Below, one piece after another: positions 38,964 to 50,393 of a stretch of 64,000 nt of DNA; position 1 is the first letter of the stretch, and every line of letters starts with the position of its first letter. The translations under genes and the position numbers were made by a program. Source of the DNA: Spirochaetia bacterium (GTDB lineage Bacteria; Spirochaetota; Spirochaetia; WTKD01; G963693115); the NCBI GenBank assembly GCA_965226055.1, contig CBDDCA010000005.1, positions 416,001-480,000 of the forward strand, in the 5' to 3' direction. The notes below the pieces were generated by a model. It was given only the letters and a program-made list of their open reading frames with translations, was not told where the DNA came from and made no database searches.

Positions 38964-39617
38964 TTATTCTCCCTTTGAAGAAACATCTCCATCTTTGCTA
39001 GTACTATTATCTCCCTGCACTGTATCATTTACTGACACAGATTGTGCTTCTTCTTTATTTTGTACACTCACAGTTTCATTATCCGCATCTGTACTGCTTT
39101 CTTTCTTTTCTTCTTTATTATCAGAATGAGAAGAAACAACTGTCTCTTTACTAGCTTGTACAGCAGGCGATTGATTACTAACAGTATTTTTATTACCAGA
39201 TTTTCCTTTTTTACTTTTACTATCCTTTTTTAGAACAGCACTATCATTTTCTGATTCATTTGTAGAAACAACAAGTGATATATACACCATCTCACTTGCG
39301 TCACCATATCTTTGACCGAGCTTTACAATGCGTGTATATCCCCCTTTTCTATCAACAAAAAGAGGTGCTATTGAAGTAAATAATTTTGCATGCACTTCTT
39401 TGTCTTGCACCCATTTTGCAACTAACCTACGATTAGCAACTGAATCTACTCTTGCTCGTGTTATCATTCGTTCTGCAATTCGCTGTAATACCTTGCTCTT
39501 CGCTAATGTAGTTTTAATCCTTTCATATCGAAATAATGCTACCAACATATTTCGAATCATAGCTTTTCTATGAGCTGGTGTTTTACTTAGTTTTTTTAAT
39601 TGTATTCGATGATTCAT
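38964..39617 (-). CDS. rplQ: 50S ribosomal protein L17 with long low-complexity C-terminal tail
   Basis: HRKAMIRNM..ERIKTT..GGYTRIVKLG.R.GD. Confidence 0.95.
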   Translation of the reverse strand: MNHRIQLKKLSKTPAHRKAMIRNMLVALFRYERIKTTLAKSKVLQRIAERMITRARVDSVANRRLVAKWVQDKEVHAKLFTSIAPLFVDRKGGYTRIVKLGQRYGDASEMVYISLVVSTNESENDSAVLKKDSKSKKGKSGNKNTVSNQSPAVQASKETVVSSHSDNKEEKKESSTDADNETVSVQNKEEAQSVSVNDTVQGDNSTSKDGDVSSKGE

Positions 39618-39629
39618 AATTACTCCAAT

Positions 39630-40649
39630 CTATTCGTGTTTATTTAATTCTTCTGGCAAAGACATTCCTAAAGATAAATCCATATCCTGTAATTTTTGTC
39701 TTATTTCATCCATCGATTTTGCACCAAAATTTGGTAAATTAGCTATTTCTCTTTCTGTTAGTGAAACTAATTCATAGATTTTCTTAATATTAGCAGCACG
39801 TAAACAATTAGATGAACGAGACGATAACTCTAACTCATCAACAGAAAGCTCTAACAATTTTTTCATATCATTCATCTCTTGTTCAGCTTCACTATCATGC
39901 TGTTCAATAAGAGACTCATCAAAATTGATAAGAACGGTTAAATGATCTTTAAGAATTTTAGCAGCATAAGAAAGAGCATCTGCTGGAGACAAAGTTCCAT
40001 TCGTTTCAATATTGAGTATTACCTTTTCATAATCATTACGATACCCTATCCTTATGTTTTGCACTTTCAATACAACATTTATTATAGGAGAAAAAATAAC
40101 ATCAAGAGCAATCGTTCCATGCTCTTGTATATCATTAGCAAGCAATTCAGCAGGAAGATACCCTCTTCCATACTCAATATCTAATTCAATTTCAATATGT
40201 ACATCTTGTGAAGCATGAAATAAAACTTGCTGATCGTTTAAGATTTGAATATTTTGTTGTTCAAACTCTGTTGCAGTAAAAGCTTTCTTTCCTTTAAATT
40301 CTGCCTTAATAGTACTCTGTAACTGAGTATCATCAAGCACACGAAATTTCAATAGCTTTAATGCATCAATAATAGCAACAGTATCTTCTTCAACACCATC
40401 AATATTTTCAAATTCACTGCTTATAATATGCTGACTACCATCATTAAAGACACTTATTCTTATAGCACTTATAGCATATCCTTTAATAGAAGACAGCAAG
40501 GTTCTTCTCAGTGAATTTCCTATTGTTTGACCTACCCCTCTCTCAAAAGGAGAAATTTCAAACACTCCTTTATTTTTCTCTTCAGATACCTTATTAAATG
40601 TAATTGAGGTAGGTAACTTAAAACCTTTAAGTAAATGTTTAACTGACAT
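39630..40649 (-). CDS. rpoA: RNA polymerase alpha subunit
   Basis: PFERGVGQTIGNSLRRTLLSSI; CTD LELSSRSSNCL..NFGAKS. Confidence 0.96.
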   Translation of the reverse strand: MSVKHLLKGFKLPTSITFNKVSEEKNKGVFEISPFERGVGQTIGNSLRRTLLSSIKGYAISAIRISVFNDGSQHIISSEFENIDGVEEDTVAIIDALKLLKFRVLDDTQLQSTIKAEFKGKKAFTATEFEQQNIQILNDQQVLFHASQDVHIEIELDIEYGRGYLPAELLANDIQEHGTIALDVIFSPIINVVLKVQNIRIGYRNDYEKVILNIETNGTLSPADALSYAAKILKDHLTVLINFDESLIEQHDSEAEQEMNDMKKLLELSVDELELSSRSSNCLRAANIKKIYELVSLTEREIANLPNFGAKSMDEIRQKLQDMDLSLGMSLPEELNKHE

Positions 40650-40674
40650 ATTTTCTCATTTTCTCCCTTATAGT

Positions 40675-41046
40675 TTATGGACGTCGTACCTTACTTGGTC
40701 TGCAACCATTATGAGGAATGGGGGTTATATCATGAATAGACAGTACAGATAACCCTAGATTCACTACGGTACGAATCGCAGATTCTCTTCCTGTACCAGG
40801 TCCTTTCACATATACATCAACACGCTCAAGACCACATATTTCCAATGCTTTCTTTAATGCTGTCTCAGATGTCACTTGTGCAGCATAAGGAGTTGATTTT
40901 TTTACTCCCTTAAAACCAAGTGATCCTGCACTAGACCAACATATAACTTCACCATTTTCATCTGTTATAGTTACTATAGTATTATTAAAGGTAGCTTGAA
41001 TATATATTCTACCATTTACAATATTTTTTTTAACTTTTTTAGCCAT
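40675..41046 (-). CDS. rpsK: 30S ribosomal protein S11
   Basis: [28 protein letters not shown]. Confidence 0.97.
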   Translation of the reverse strand: MAKKVKKNIVNGRIYIQATFNNTIVTITDENGEVICWSSAGSLGFKGVKKSTPYAAQVTSETALKKALEICGLERVDVYVKGPGTGRESAIRTVVNLGLSVLSIHDITPIPHNGCRPSKVRRP

Positions 41047-41063
41047 GAATTACTATCCTCCTC

Positions 41064-41429
41064 CTATTTCTTCTTACCAGCAACGGTCTTCTTCTTACCT
41101 TTCCTTGTACGTGCATTCGTTTGAGTTCTCTGCCCTCTTACTGGCAAACCCTTTCTATGGCGTAATCCTTTATAGGTAGCGATATCCATAATACGTTTAA
41201 TATTCAAATTAACCTGTGTTCGCAATCTTCCTTCAACAATACATTCATTTTCAATATACTGACGAAGTTTAGTTATTTCCTCCGAACTTAAATCATTTGG
41301 TTTTACATTGATATCTATCGAAAGATCCTTACATATCTTTTCAGCAGTAGATCTTCCTATACCATAAATATAGGTAAGAGAGATATGTAAGTGTTTATTG
41401 GGTAAATCTATTCCTGCTATTCTTGCCAT
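41064..41429 (-). CDS. rpsM: 30S ribosomal protein S13
   Basis: [27 protein letters not shown]. Confidence 0.97.
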   Translation of the reverse strand: MARIAGIDLPNKHLHISLTYIYGIGRSTAEKICKDLSIDINVKPNDLSSEEITKLRQYIENECIVEGRLRTQVNLNIKRIMDIATYKGLRHRKGLPVRGQRTQTNARTRKGKKKTVAGKKK

Positions 41430-41436
41430 ATTACTA

Positions 41437-41550
41437 CTACCTCTGTTTTTGCTTATGCTTAGGATTAGAACAAATTACTCTAAGTACCCTTTTTCTTCTT
41501 ATAACTTTACAGTTATCACAAATTGGTTTAACACTTACTCTTACTTTCAT
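41437..41550 (-). CDS. rpmJ: 50S ribosomal protein L36
   Basis: [37 protein letters not shown]; start placed at ATG 41550. Confidence 0.95.
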   Translation of the reverse strand: MKVRVSVKPICDNCKVIRRKRVLRVICSNPKHKQKQR

Positions 41551-41560
41551 AAGTCCTCCA

Positions 41561-42880
41561 TTACAGTGTTCTGGAACGTATATGTCCCTTAGTTGTGGTT
41601 TGTCCCTGATAATGCATTTTTTGACTGGCATCAATTTGAGACATAAGATCTAAATCTACACCAACAAGTATCAGCATTGATGTGCCTCCAAGCAAATAAG
41701 TCACTTGTTGAGGAAGTCCCAATACTATTTGTACAATAGTAGGCATTATAGCAATAAGTGCCAAAAATAAAGAACCAGGTAAAATAATTCTATTTAATAT
41801 CTTTAAAAAATACTCTTCCATATTTTCACTTCTAATTCCGGGAATAGTTCCACCATTTTCCCGTATATTTCTTGCAATTTCAATAGGATTTAAGGTAACT
41901 TGCGTATAAAAATAAGCAAAAAATATTATAAGGAGCGTAAAAACAATTATATAAAAAGGCCCTGTAGGGCGCAACCAATATAGTAAAGTAACAACAAACT
42001 CAGACTGAGAACCTAATCCTTGCAATATCTGTAAAGGGAATGTCATCAAAGATGAAGCAAAAATAACAGGAATAACCCCCGAAGGATTGAGCTTAAAAGG
42101 GATATATACATTTTGTGCACCATACATTTTTCTCCCTACTACGCGCTTTGCATAAAAAACAGGAATTCTTCGTTGTCCTTGCTGTTCAATTACTACCAAA
42201 GCCACCACAACAACAAATACAATGAACACTATGATGATATAAATTGCATTTAGCTGCCCTTCCTGCACCAAACGAAGCAAAGTAAACACTGCACGTGGCA
42301 TCTGTGCTAAAATACCAGCAAAAATTATAAGAGAAACACCGTTTCCTATACCTCGTTGATTTATCTGTTCTCCTAACCAAAGCAAAAATACAGTACCAGT
42401 AGTTACCGTAAGCATAGCAAGAGGAGCATAATATAAAAATGATAAATTTATTGCATCAGGAATAGTTCGAGCATACTGAGTGACAACATATGATTGAACA
42501 AGACATACAATTACCGTAAAATTTCTTGTATACTTATGTATTCGCTTACGTCCCCCTTCTTCTTGAGATATCTTTTTAAGAGGAGGAAGTATTACCGTAA
42601 GCAACTGCATAATAATAGAAGTAGTAATATACGGAACAACCCCTAACATAAAAATAGAAAATCGAGAAAAAGCTCCTCCAGCAAAAAAATCAAGATAGTT
42701 TACTAAATTTACTCCTACAGAATTACTATTTTGATTTTGAAGAAAATATGAGTTCAATGCATCTAAATTTATTCCAGGAATAGGAATCGCAGCACCTAAA
42801 CGAAAAATGAGCAAACAGAAAGCAGTAAAGAATACTCTCTGACGTAACTCTTGAATAGTAAAAATTGATCTAAGATTCAT
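41561..42880 (-). CDS. secY: Preprotein translocase SecY
   Basis: [40 protein letters not shown]. Confidence 0.97.
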   Translation of the reverse strand: MNLRSIFTIQELRQRVFFTAFCLLIFRLGAAIPIPGINLDALNSYFLQNQNSNSVGVNLVNYLDFFAGGAFSRFSIFMLGVVPYITTSIIMQLLTVILPPLKKISQEEGGRKRIHKYTRNFTVIVCLVQSYVVTQYARTIPDAINLSFLYYAPLAMLTVTTGTVFLLWLGEQINQRGIGNGVSLIIFAGILAQMPRAVFTLLRLVQEGQLNAIYIIIVFIVFVVVVALVVIEQQGQRRIPVFYAKRVVGRKMYGAQNVYIPFKLNPSGVIPVIFASSLMTFPLQILQGLGSQSEFVVTLLYWLRPTGPFYIIVFTLLIIFFAYFYTQVTLNPIEIARNIRENGGTIPGIRSENMEEYFLKILNRIILPGSLFLALIAIMPTIVQIVLGLPQQVTYLLGGTSMLILVGVDLDLMSQIDASQKMHYQGQTTTKGHIRSRTL

Positions 42881-43370
42881 TGTTTAAATCCTCATTTTTA
42901 CTATCAACAGTATTTTCATTTCCTTCTTTTTTATGAGAATTAGCTACATTTCCACCTGCTGCCTGTATCTTTTCCTGTGCTCCTTTTGACACAAGAATAG
43001 TCTCATCTACACTAATAGATTTAGATATTGTACCATTTGAAAGTATTTTTACATATACATCTTTAGAAGCAATAAGCCCTTTTTTATGTAAACTAATAAT
43101 TGAAACAGTATCTCCACTATCAAAATGAGCATCTACACTATTCAATGAAATAATAACTGGTTCCATCTTAAAAAGGGCATTAGAAAAACCTCTACGAGGC
43201 AAACGTCTATATAAAGGCATTTGTCCTCCCTCAAAACCAAGTCGAACTCCTCCTCCTGACCGTGCTTTTTGTCCTTTTGTTCCTCTTCCTGCAGTACATC
43301 CTGTTCGAGATCCTGCTCCTCTCCCTAATCTTTTACGAGAACGAACCGTTCCTTTAGGAACACTAATCAT
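42870..43370 (-). CDS. rplO: 50S ribosomal protein L15
   Basis: RLGRG..GRGTKGQKARSG, GFEGGQMPLYRRLP.RGF. Confidence 0.96.
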   Translation of the reverse strand: MISVPKGTVRSRKRLGRGAGSRTGCTAGRGTKGQKARSGGGVRLGFEGGQMPLYRRLPRRGFSNALFKMEPVIISLNSVDAHFDSGDTVSIISLHKKGLIASKDVYVKILSNGTISKSISVDETILVSKGAQEKIQAAGGNVANSHKKEGNENTVDSKNEDLNNES

Positions 43371-43569
43371 TTGAAATCTCCTTCACTGAAATTAAGTGCT
43401 TAACAGTTTGTATCATCCCTTGTATAGACGCTGTGTTTTTATGAATAACACTACTATGCATCTTTCGTAATCCAAGCGCAATCAAGGTTGCTCTCTGATT
43501 TGGTTTACGCCCAATATCACTTCTTATCTTAGTTATTTGTACAGTATTTTGTGTTGCATTTTCCATCAT
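43363..43569 (-). CDS. rpmD: 50S ribosomal protein L30
   Basis: RSDIGR..QRATLIALGLRK..GMI..VKHL. Confidence 0.94.
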   Translation of the reverse strand: MMENATQNTVQITKIRSDIGRKPNQRATLIALGLRKMHSSVIHKNTASIQGMIQTVKHLISVKEISND

Positions 43570-43588
43570 AAACTCCTGACAATATCAA

Positions 43589-44101
43589 TTAACTCCAAAA
43601 ATTTTGTAATGTTTTTCCTCTATCAGAGGCTGCTTTACTTGCAGTTAACATTTGCTCAAACGCATCAAAGGTAGCTTTCACCATATTTATACTATTTCGC
43701 GATCCTAAAGATTTTGCTAAAATATCATGATACCCTGCCATCTCTAAAACAATACGCACAGGACCTCCTGCAATAATACCAGTACCAGGTGCCGCTGGAC
43801 GAAAGATAATCTTAGCTTTCGATGATTTTCCTTCTACCCAATGAGGGATAGTTGTTTTATACATAGGCACCTTTACAAGAGCTCTCCTTGCTTTATTCAC
43901 TGCCTTTCTTATAGCTTCAGAAACATCCGTTGCTTTTCCAAACCCATATCCAACCAAACCTTTTTTATTTCCTACAATAACAAGAGCAGAAAATGAAAAC
44001 CGTCTTCCTCCCTTTAATACTTTTGCAAGACGTCTAATACCTATGAGGTTTTCTGTAAATTCTGGCTGAGTAGTATCTTTATTTTTAGGGGTAAATGCCA
44101 C
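43589..44101 (-). CDS. rpsE: 30S ribosomal protein S5
   Basis: KGGRRFSFSAL, GFGKA, PAAPGTGIIAGG. Confidence 0.96.
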   Translation of the reverse strand: MAFTPKNKDTTQPEFTENLIGIRRLAKVLKGGRRFSFSALVIVGNKKGLVGYGFGKATDVSEAIRKAVNKARRALVKVPMYKTTIPHWVEGKSSKAKIIFRPAAPGTGIIAGGPVRIVLEMAGYHDILAKSLGSRNSINMVKATFDAFEQMLTASKAASDRGKTLQNFWS

Positions 44102-44112
44102 TACAATATCTC

Positions 44113-44487
44113 CTATATTTTTATTTCATTTGATCTTAATGTATCTACAAACGATCTAATAACACCATGAAATTTAAGACCATTTCTATCAAACACTAAA
44201 CTATTGACATTAGCTTCTTTAAGTCTTTGAGCAAAAAGTTGAGCAAGACTCTTTACCGATTCTACTGTTACATTTTTTCTTTCCATTTCTTTTTCAATAC
44301 TAGAGATTGCACACACTGTGTCTTGCTTATTATCATCAATAGCTTGTGCAAAAATATTTCTATTAGACCTATATATAGTTAAGCGTAATTTTTGTTCAGT
44401 ACCATGTATTTTGGCACGTATCTTTCTTTTACGCTTTATTTTACGCTGTAACTTTGGAACAATTTTTTTATTTAATAATTTTATCAT
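44113..44487 (-). CDS. rplR: 50S ribosomal protein L18
   Basis: RLTIYRSNRNIFAQAIDD, VFDRNG.KFHG; start uncertain. Confidence 0.93.
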   Translation of the reverse strand: MIKLLNKKIVPKLQRKIKRKRKIRAKIHGTEQKLRLTIYRSNRNIFAQAIDDNKQDTVCAISSIEKEMERKNVTVESVKSLAQLFAQRLKEANVNSLVFDRNGLKFHGVIRSFVDTLRSNEIKI

Positions 44488-44532
44488 ATATACATATCCT
44501 TGCACACAGTACCTACATATAGAGAGTACTAT

Positions 44533-45072
44533 TTATTTTTTGCCTGTTTTACCTTCTTTTCTACGTATAATTTCATCACTGTACTTAATACCTTTTCCTT
44601 TATAAGGCTCTGGTTTACGCAAACTACGTATCTCAGCACTTACCTGACCAACTTTCTGTTTACTTATACCCTCAACAATCACAGTATCTTGCTTTGGTGT
44701 TTGTATACTAATTCCTTCAGGCACAAAATACTCAAAAGATGTTGAATACCCAACATTAAAAGTAACAGATGCTCCTTTTGATTCAGCACGATACCCCACA
44801 CCTACAAGAGTAAGTGTTTTACTAAACCCTTGTGAAACTCCTATAACCATATTATACACTAATTGTCTATACAACCCATACATTTGCCTAGCTCTCTTCT
44901 CTTGATTAGTAGGAACAATAGTACATTTTTTATCATCTATCTCACAACGAATTTCGGGAACACATTTTTCCTGTAATGTTCCTTTTGGGCCATTTACTGT
45001 AATCATAGTATCACTTACTTCTATTGTAACACCATTTGGAATTTCAATAGGAATTTTTCCTATACGTGACAT
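44533..45072 (-). CDS. rplF: 50S ribosomal protein L6
   Basis: MSRIGKIPI, GVGYRA, RKPEPYKGKG; start placed at ATG 45072. Confidence 0.96.
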   Translation of the reverse strand: MSRIGKIPIEIPNGVTIEVSDTMITVNGPKGTLQEKCVPEIRCEIDDKKCTIVPTNQEKRARQMYGLYRQLVYNMVIGVSQGFSKTLTLVGVGYRAESKGASVTFNVGYSTSFEYFVPEGISIQTPKQDTVIVEGISKQKVGQVSAEIRSLRKPEPYKGKGIKYSDEIIRRKEGKTGKK

Positions 45073-45115
45073 AATTCCTCCTCTGTAGTATGAGAAATAA
45101 TACAAATAGCACTCT

Positions 45116-45514
45116 CTACCAGATGGAACATATAAGCTCTCCTCCAACTTTCATTTCACGTGCTTGCTTATCAGTTAATACACCCTTTGAAGTTGAAATA
45201 ATAACAGTGCCAAAACCATTTCTTACTCGTTGTATATTTCTATATTTTGAATAAATTCTTCGTCCTGGCTTTGATATTTTCTTTATTTCATGAACAACAG
45301 GCTTCATAGATTCATCATATTTCAATGTAATCGTCATTGTTTTTATTGATTGAGAATTATCAATTTCATAGCTCTCAATATACCCTTCTAACTGCATAAC
45401 TCGAACTATTTCTTGATTAATCTTTGAATTTTTCACCACTAACTGTTCATGCTGTGCCATGTATGCATTTCTAATCTTAGTTAACATATCTGCTATTGGA
45501 TCTGATACTGCCAT
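45116..45514 (-). CDS. rpsH: 30S ribosomal protein S8
   Basis: DPIADMLTKIRNA, SKPGRRIY, STSKGV, GGELIC.IW. Confidence 0.96.
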   Translation of the reverse strand: MAVSDPIADMLTKIRNAYMAQHEQLVVKNSKINQEIVRVMQLEGYIESYEIDNSQSIKTMTITLKYDESMKPVVHEIKKISKPGRRIYSKYRNIQRVRNGFGTVIISTSKGVLTDKQAREMKVGGELICSIW

Positions 45515-45523
45515 TTCCCCCTC

Positions 45524-45709
45524 CTACCAACTTGATTTTCTCACTCCAGGTATATACCCTTCGCTTGCATATTTTCTAAAGCATATTCTACAAAGTTCAA
45601 ACCTTCTCATAAAACCTCTTGGTCTTCCACATAACTTACATCGATTTACACGTCTTGTAGAAAATTTAGGAGATTTTTCTGCTTTAACAATCATTGATTT
45701 TTTTGCCAT
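45524..45709 (-). CDS. rpsN: 30S ribosomal protein S14 type Z (Zn-binding)
   Basis: 61 aa; [25 protein letters not shown]. Confidence 0.96.
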   Translation of the reverse strand: MAKKSMIVKAEKSPKFSTRRVNRCKLCGRPRGFMRRFELCRICFRKYASEGYIPGVRKSSW

Positions 45710-45744
45710 AAATTTATATATCCTTTTTATTTACATACCTACAC

Positions 45745-46287
45745 TTACTTCATAAAAGGAAGCTGTAATTTCTCTAATAAAGCAATAGCCTCTTCATCTG
45801 TTTTTGCAGTTGTGCAAAAAGTAATATTTAAGCCTATAACCTTATCTATTTTATCATAATCTATCTCTGGAAAAATAATATGTTCTTGTATTCCCAAAGA
45901 ATATGAACCGTGACCATCAAAACTATTTTTCTTAATACCTCTAAAATCACGAACACGAGGAAGCGCAATATGTATTAAACGAAAGAGAAATTCATACATT
46001 CTTTTTCTTCGCAATGTTACTTTCGCTCCAATTGGCATACCTTCACGCAGCTTAAAATTTGCAATAGATTTTTTTGCTTTTGTAATTACTGCCTTTTGTC
46101 CTGTAATGATACTTATTTCCTGCATAACATTTTCTACTCGCTTCTTATTTTGTATAACATCACCAACTCCAGAACTGACAACTATTTTTGTGAGCTTTGG
46201 CACTTGCATAGGAGTAGTATAATTAAATTGCTTCATGAGTTCAGGGACAATAGTATCTTTATATAATTCATTTAATAGTATTGCCAT
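45745..46287 (-). CDS. rplE: 50S ribosomal protein L5
   Basis: [30 protein letters not shown]. Confidence 0.97.
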   Translation of the reverse strand: MAILLNELYKDTIVPELMKQFNYTTPMQVPKLTKIVVSSGVGDVIQNKKRVENVMQEISIITGQKAVITKAKKSIANFKLREGMPIGAKVTLRRKRMYEFLFRLIHIALPRVRDFRGIKKNSFDGHGSYSLGIQEHIIFPEIDYDKIDKVIGLNITFCTTAKTDEEAIALLEKLQLPFMK

Positions 46288-46583
46288 TATAATACTTCCC
46301 TTGTTTTTTTAGAAATTCTTTCTTTTTTACCATTTTCAATTTTTATTCCCGCTCTCGTTTTCTTTCCTTTTGACACTAACATAACATTAGAAATATGCAA
46401 AGGAGCTTCAATAGAAATAATTCCTCCCTTCTCTTGCTGTGATTTAGGTTTTACTGCTTTTTTAATAAGATTTAATCCTTGCACAATAATTTTATCCTTA
46501 CCAACACTCACAACCTTCCCTGTTTTTTTCTTATCTTTCCCTTGAGTAATCATTACTGTATCATTCTTTTTAATATAAGACAT
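46287..46583 (-). CDS. rplX: 50S ribosomal protein L24
   Basis: [24 protein letters not shown]. Confidence 0.95.
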   Translation of the reverse strand: MSYIKKNDTVMITQGKDKKKTGKVVSVGKDKIIVQGLNLIKKAVKPKSQQEKGGIISIEAPLHISNVMLVSKGKKTRAGIKIENGKKERISKKTREVL

Positions 46584-46951
46584 TATAATACCTCCGGAGC
46601 AAGTGATATAATTTTCATCTGCCCTCTATCACGTAATTCTCTTGCAACAGGACCAAACACACGTTTTCCACGCGGATTAAAAGAAGCATCAAGAATAACA
46701 CATGCATTATCATCAAAACGAATATATGTTCCATCACTGCGTCTTGTCTCTTTACTTGTTCTTACAATCACTGCTTTTTGTACGCTTCCTTTTTTTACTT
46801 GAGATGTTGGTATTGCTCCTTTTACTGCCACAGTAATAATGTCTCCAAGATGTGCAATATAGTGTTTTGTACCCCCTAATACTTTGATACATTCTACTAC
46901 TTTTGCACCACTATTATCTGCTACTGTAAGCACTGTTCCTGCCTGAATCAT
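46583..46951 (-). CDS. rplN: 50S ribosomal protein L14
   Basis: [31 protein letters not shown]. Confidence 0.97.
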   Translation of the reverse strand: MIQAGTVLTVADNSGAKVVECIKVLGGTKHYIAHLGDIITVAVKGAIPTSQVKKGSVQKAVIVRTSKETRRSDGTYIRFDDNACVILDASFNPRGKRVFGPVARELRDRGQMKIISLAPEVL

Positions 46952-46973
46952 AATTTCTCCTTAGCTTAAAATA

Positions 46974-47228
46974 CTATTGTGCACGCGAAATAATAGAAAG
47001 CATTGCCCATTTTTTATGCTTACTTATAGGACGAGACTCTATTACTCTCACAATATCTCCAATATTTGCTTCATTATTTTTGTCATGTGCAACTACTTTT
47101 TTTGTTACTCCAATAAACTTTTTATACAGCGGATGCATCTTTCTATTTTTAATTGCTACCACAATGGTTTTATCCATTTTATTACTAACAACTTCTCCTT
47201 GAAATATTTTTTTATTTTCTGCTGCCAT
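46974..47228 (-). CDS. rpsQ: 30S ribosomal protein S17
   Basis: VVSNKMDKTIVV, HPLYKK, ESRPISKHK.W. Confidence 0.96.
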   Translation of the reverse strand: MAAENKKIFQGEVVSNKMDKTIVVAIKNRKMHPLYKKFIGVTKKVVAHDKNNEANIGDIVRVIESRPISKHKKWAMLSIISRAQ

Positions 47229-47240
47229 ATCTTTCTCCTC

Positions 47241-47474
47241 TTACTCTTGTGTTTCTTGATCATTACTTTGTATATTTTGTACATCTTGAGAATGATCAAA
47301 ATTATACATTCTTGTCAAAACTCTCGCTAATTGACGTCTTACAGTACGTAACTCAAGAGGATTATTTATTTGTCCCATAACTTTTTTTACACGCAACTCA
47401 TGATTTTTTTTTCGCAACTCATCGCGTTTCAATACTAATTCTTCAAAAGTCATTTCAGCAAAACTATTTTTCAT
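47241..47474 (-). CDS. rpmC: 50S ribosomal protein L29
   Basis: Position in the S10 operon; NPLELRTVRRQLARVLT. Confidence 0.92.
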   Translation of the reverse strand: MKNSFAEMTFEELVLKRDELRKKNHELRVKKVMGQINNPLELRTVRRQLARVLTRMYNFDHSQDVQNIQSNDQETQE

Positions 47475-47475
47475 C

Positions 47476-47892
47476 TTATCCTCTCTTTGCAAACTTTGCT
47501 TTTAATGGAAGTTTACCAATAGCACTGCGTATAGCTATTACAGCTACTTCCTCTGATACACCAGCAATTTCAAATAACACTTGTCCACGCTTAACACATG
47601 CAACCCATTGATCTAAATTACCTTTTCCACTCCCCATTCTTGTTTCTGCAGGCTTACGTGTATACGGATAATCAGGAAAAATTCTAATCCATACTTTTCC
47701 TCCCCGTTTCATTTTTCGTGAAAGAGCAATTCTTGTTGCTTCAATTTGACGAGAAGTTACATAGTTATGTGTTAACGCAATAACTCCGTACTCTCCAAAA
47801 GCAATACTGTTTCCTCTCGTAGCTTCACGAAGAAGACGTGTCCGAACCTGTCGCATCTGCTTTCTATGTTTTACTCGCTTAGGACTAAGCAT
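47476..47892 (-). CDS. rplP: 50S ribosomal protein L16
   Basis: [25 protein letters not shown]. Confidence 0.96.
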   Translation of the reverse strand: MLSPKRVKHRKQMRQVRTRLLREATRGNSIAFGEYGVIALTHNYVTSRQIEATRIALSRKMKRGGKVWIRIFPDYPYTRKPAETRMGSGKGNLDQWVACVKRGQVLFEIAGVSEEVAVIAIRSAIGKLPLKAKFAKRG

Positions 47893-47894
47893 AG

Positions 47895-48629
47895 CTATTT
47901 TCCTCCCTCTTTCGTTTGTGCAGAATATTCATAGTATAAAGAACGTGAGTTACCAGATGATTTCATTATCTTTCCAGCATCAAGACGCTGTTCTTTTCTA
48001 TAAATCTCTCCCTTAAATATCCATATCTTTACCCCTATAGCCCCATAAGTAGTCATTGATTCAGTAAAACCATAATCAATATCTGCTCTCAGAGTATGTA
48101 ATGGAATACGCCCTTCCTTAACAGTTCTATGCTGAGTCATTTCAGCTCCATTCAAACGACCAGACAATTTTATCTTTACTCCTTGCACTCCTGCTTTCAT
48201 AGCACTTGCTAATGCCATTTTTAGAGTACGTCTCCATGCAGTTCGCTGCTTTAATTGGCGTGCTATATGTAATGCCATAAGCTGTGCATTAGATTCAGGC
48301 TTATTTATCATACGTATCTTAAGTAATATCTTATGAGAAGAATACTTTGACAATTTAGCAGTAAGTTTTTCTATATTTGCACCCTTTACTCCAATAAGTA
48401 CTCCTGGCTTTGAAGTATACACAATCAGAGTTATTCTTTGAGGATACCGTATAATTTCTACATCAGAAATATCCGCATTAGTCAATTCAGGCAATTTTGC
48501 CATAGCTTTTCGTATAGCAAGATCTTCATGCAACTTTGCAAGATATTCTTTTCCAGACGCATACCAATTTGAGCGCCATAATTTATTAATACCTATTCTT
48601 AATCCATAAGGATTTACTTTTTGACCCAA
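47895..48629 (-). CDS. rpsC: 30S ribosomal protein S3
   Basis: [32 protein letters not shown]. Confidence 0.97.
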   Translation of the reverse strand: MGQKVNPYGLRIGINKLWRSNWYASGKEYLAKLHEDLAIRKAMAKLPELTNADISDVEIIRYPQRITLIVYTSKPGVLIGVKGANIEKLTAKLSKYSSHKILLKIRMINKPESNAQLMALHIARQLKQRTAWRRTLKMALASAMKAGVQGVKIKLSGRLNGAEMTQHRTVKEGRIPLHTLRADIDYGFTESMTTYGAIGVKIWIFKGEIYRKEQRLDAGKIMKSSGNSRSLYYEYSAQTKEGGK

Positions 48630-48632
48630 ATG

Positions 48633-48983
48633 TTACTCCTTCCCTTTTAAGCTATCTTCTAATTCAACTGTTATGTGACTCATTCTTTTTAACAGAACAT
48701 CAGCACGCCCTCTTGCTCTTGGCCACATACGTTTCATTCGTGGCCCCTCGTTTATCACTATATTTTTAACAAATAAATGAGATTCATCTAACTGTGAATC
48801 TTGAGATAAAGCATTGGCTGCCGAAGATTGTGCTACTTTTTTAATCAATTTTGCTGCAGAATGCGGCATAACTTGGAGATAGGCCATCAATTCTGTATAC
48901 GGTCTTTTTTTAAGAGTATTTGCTACCCTTCTTGCCTTAAAAGGAGAAATACGCGCATATCTATGAATACTTTTATATATCAT
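48633..48983 (-). CDS. rplV: 50S ribosomal protein L22
   Basis: RISPFKARRVA, SAAANA, PRARGRA..SHITV. Confidence 0.96.
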   Translation of the reverse strand: MIYKSIHRYARISPFKARRVANTLKKRPYTELMAYLQVMPHSAAKLIKKVAQSSAANALSQDSQLDESHLFVKNIVINEGPRMKRMWPRARGRADVLLKRMSHITVELEDSLKGKE

Positions 48984-48986
48984 ATA

Positions 48987-49265
48987 CTACCTCTTAACCT
49001 TTTTATCAGAACCAGCATGTCCATAAAATATTCTTGTAGGAGAAAATTCTCCTAACTTATGTCCTACATGTTGTTCAGTAATATACACAGGAATAAATTT
49101 TTTTCCATTATATACCGAAATTGTAAATCCAACCATATCTGGTATAATAGTAGATTCTCTTGAATAAGTTTTTATTACTATTTTTTTATCAGAACTTTTT
49201 GCATGTGCTACTTTTTTTAATAAACTATTTCGTACAAAAGGTCCTTTTTTTACTGATCTTGACAC
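48987..49265 (-). CDS. rpsS: 30S ribosomal protein S19
   Basis: [21 protein letters not shown]. Confidence 0.97.
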   Translation of the reverse strand: MSRSVKKGPFVRNSLLKKVAHAKSSDKKIVIKTYSRESTIIPDMVGFTISVYNGKKFIPVYITEQHVGHKLGEFSPTRIFYGHAGSDKKVKR

Positions 49266-49275
49266 TATATACCTC

Positions 49276-50100
49276 TTACTTTTTCTTCTTTACAAGAAAT
49301 TTACTTGAAATTTTATTTTTCTTTCTTGTTTTATATCCTTTAGTAGGCATTCCCCAAGGAGACACAGGATGTCGTCCTCCAGATGTTCGCCCTTCACCTC
49401 CCCCATGTGGATGATCATGAGGATTCATAGCAACCCCTCGCACTTTAGGACGTCTTCCTAAAATACGAGCCATCCCTGCTTTCCCAAGACTAACATTGGT
49501 AGTTTCTTCTCCTCCAACAGCACCAATAGTTGCTTTGCAACGTCCAAGCACCATTCTTATTTCTCCTGAAGGCAATTTAAGGTTAACGTATTTTCCTTCT
49601 TTTGAAGAAACTATCGCATAATTCCCAGCAGAACGTGCCATAACCCCTCCTTTCCCGAGGGTAAGCTCTATATTATGTACGGCATTACCTAAAGGAATAT
49701 TTTCAAGAGGAAGACAAGTACCGACTTTTGGTTCAGCTTTTTCTGCACTGATAACTATGTCTCCTACCTTTATACTTTTTGGAGCTAAAATATATCTTTT
49801 TTCACCATCTACATAATGCACTAAACATATATCAGCACTTCTATTAGGATCGTATTCAATACTGGCAATTTTTCCTGGTATGTTTATTTTATCCCTCTTA
49901 AAATCAATATATCGATACAATTTTTTTGTGCCACCTCCTCTACGGCGCACAGAAATAGATCCAGAACCAGCTCTTCCACTTATACGTTTTTTTCCTTTTG
50001 TAAGCGACTTAAGTGCACTCGATTCTGTGAGATGATCATATGTTCGAGAAACTCTAAATCGTAATCCCGGAGTAATTGGCTTTCTTGATCTAACACCCAT
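49276..50100 (-). CDS. rplB: 50S ribosomal protein L2
   Basis: [30 protein letters not shown]. Confidence 0.97.
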   Translation of the reverse strand: MGVRSRKPITPGLRFRVSRTYDHLTESSALKSLTKGKKRISGRAGSGSISVRRRGGGTKKLYRYIDFKRDKINIPGKIASIEYDPNRSADICLVHYVDGEKRYILAPKSIKVGDIVISAEKAEPKVGTCLPLENIPLGNAVHNIELTLGKGGVMARSAGNYAIVSSKEGKYVNLKLPSGEIRMVLGRCKATIGAVGGEETTNVSLGKAGMARILGRRPKVRGVAMNPHDHPHGGGEGRTSGGRHPVSPWGMPTKGYKTRKKNKISSKFLVKKKK

Positions 50101-50102
50101 AT

Positions 50103-50393
50103 TTATACACCTTCAAATATTGAAATACTATCACCTTGCTTTAGAGTGATAATTGCCTTTTTATAACTACTTGTATTTCCTACAAACTTCCCTTGTCGTT
50201 TCTTTTTACTATTTACATTTATTACTCTACATGATAAAGGTATCACTTGATAGAGAGTTGTAATTGCTTCCACAATCTCTTTTTTATTTGCTTGTTTTAG
50301 CACCTTAAATATATACTTATTTTGCTCTTTACTTATATTTGATTTCTCAGTAAGAAGAGGAGTAATAATAATTTTCTCAGGATACTTTTGCAT
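50103..50393 (-). CDS. rplW: 50S ribosomal protein L23
   Basis: PLLTEKS, ANKKEI, KKAIITL. Confidence 0.95.
   Translation of the reverse strand: MQKYPEKIIITPLLTEKSNISKEQNKYIFKVLKQANKKEIVEAITTLYQVIPLSCRVINVNSKKKRQGKFVGNTSSYKKAIITLKQGDSISIFEGV

Noticed and set aside
39630-41560. Absence of rpsD, adk, map and infA from the secY-alpha region
   Set aside because: secY-rpmJ-rpsM-rpsK-rpoA-rplQ is the usual order in Borrelia/Treponema-like spirochaetes
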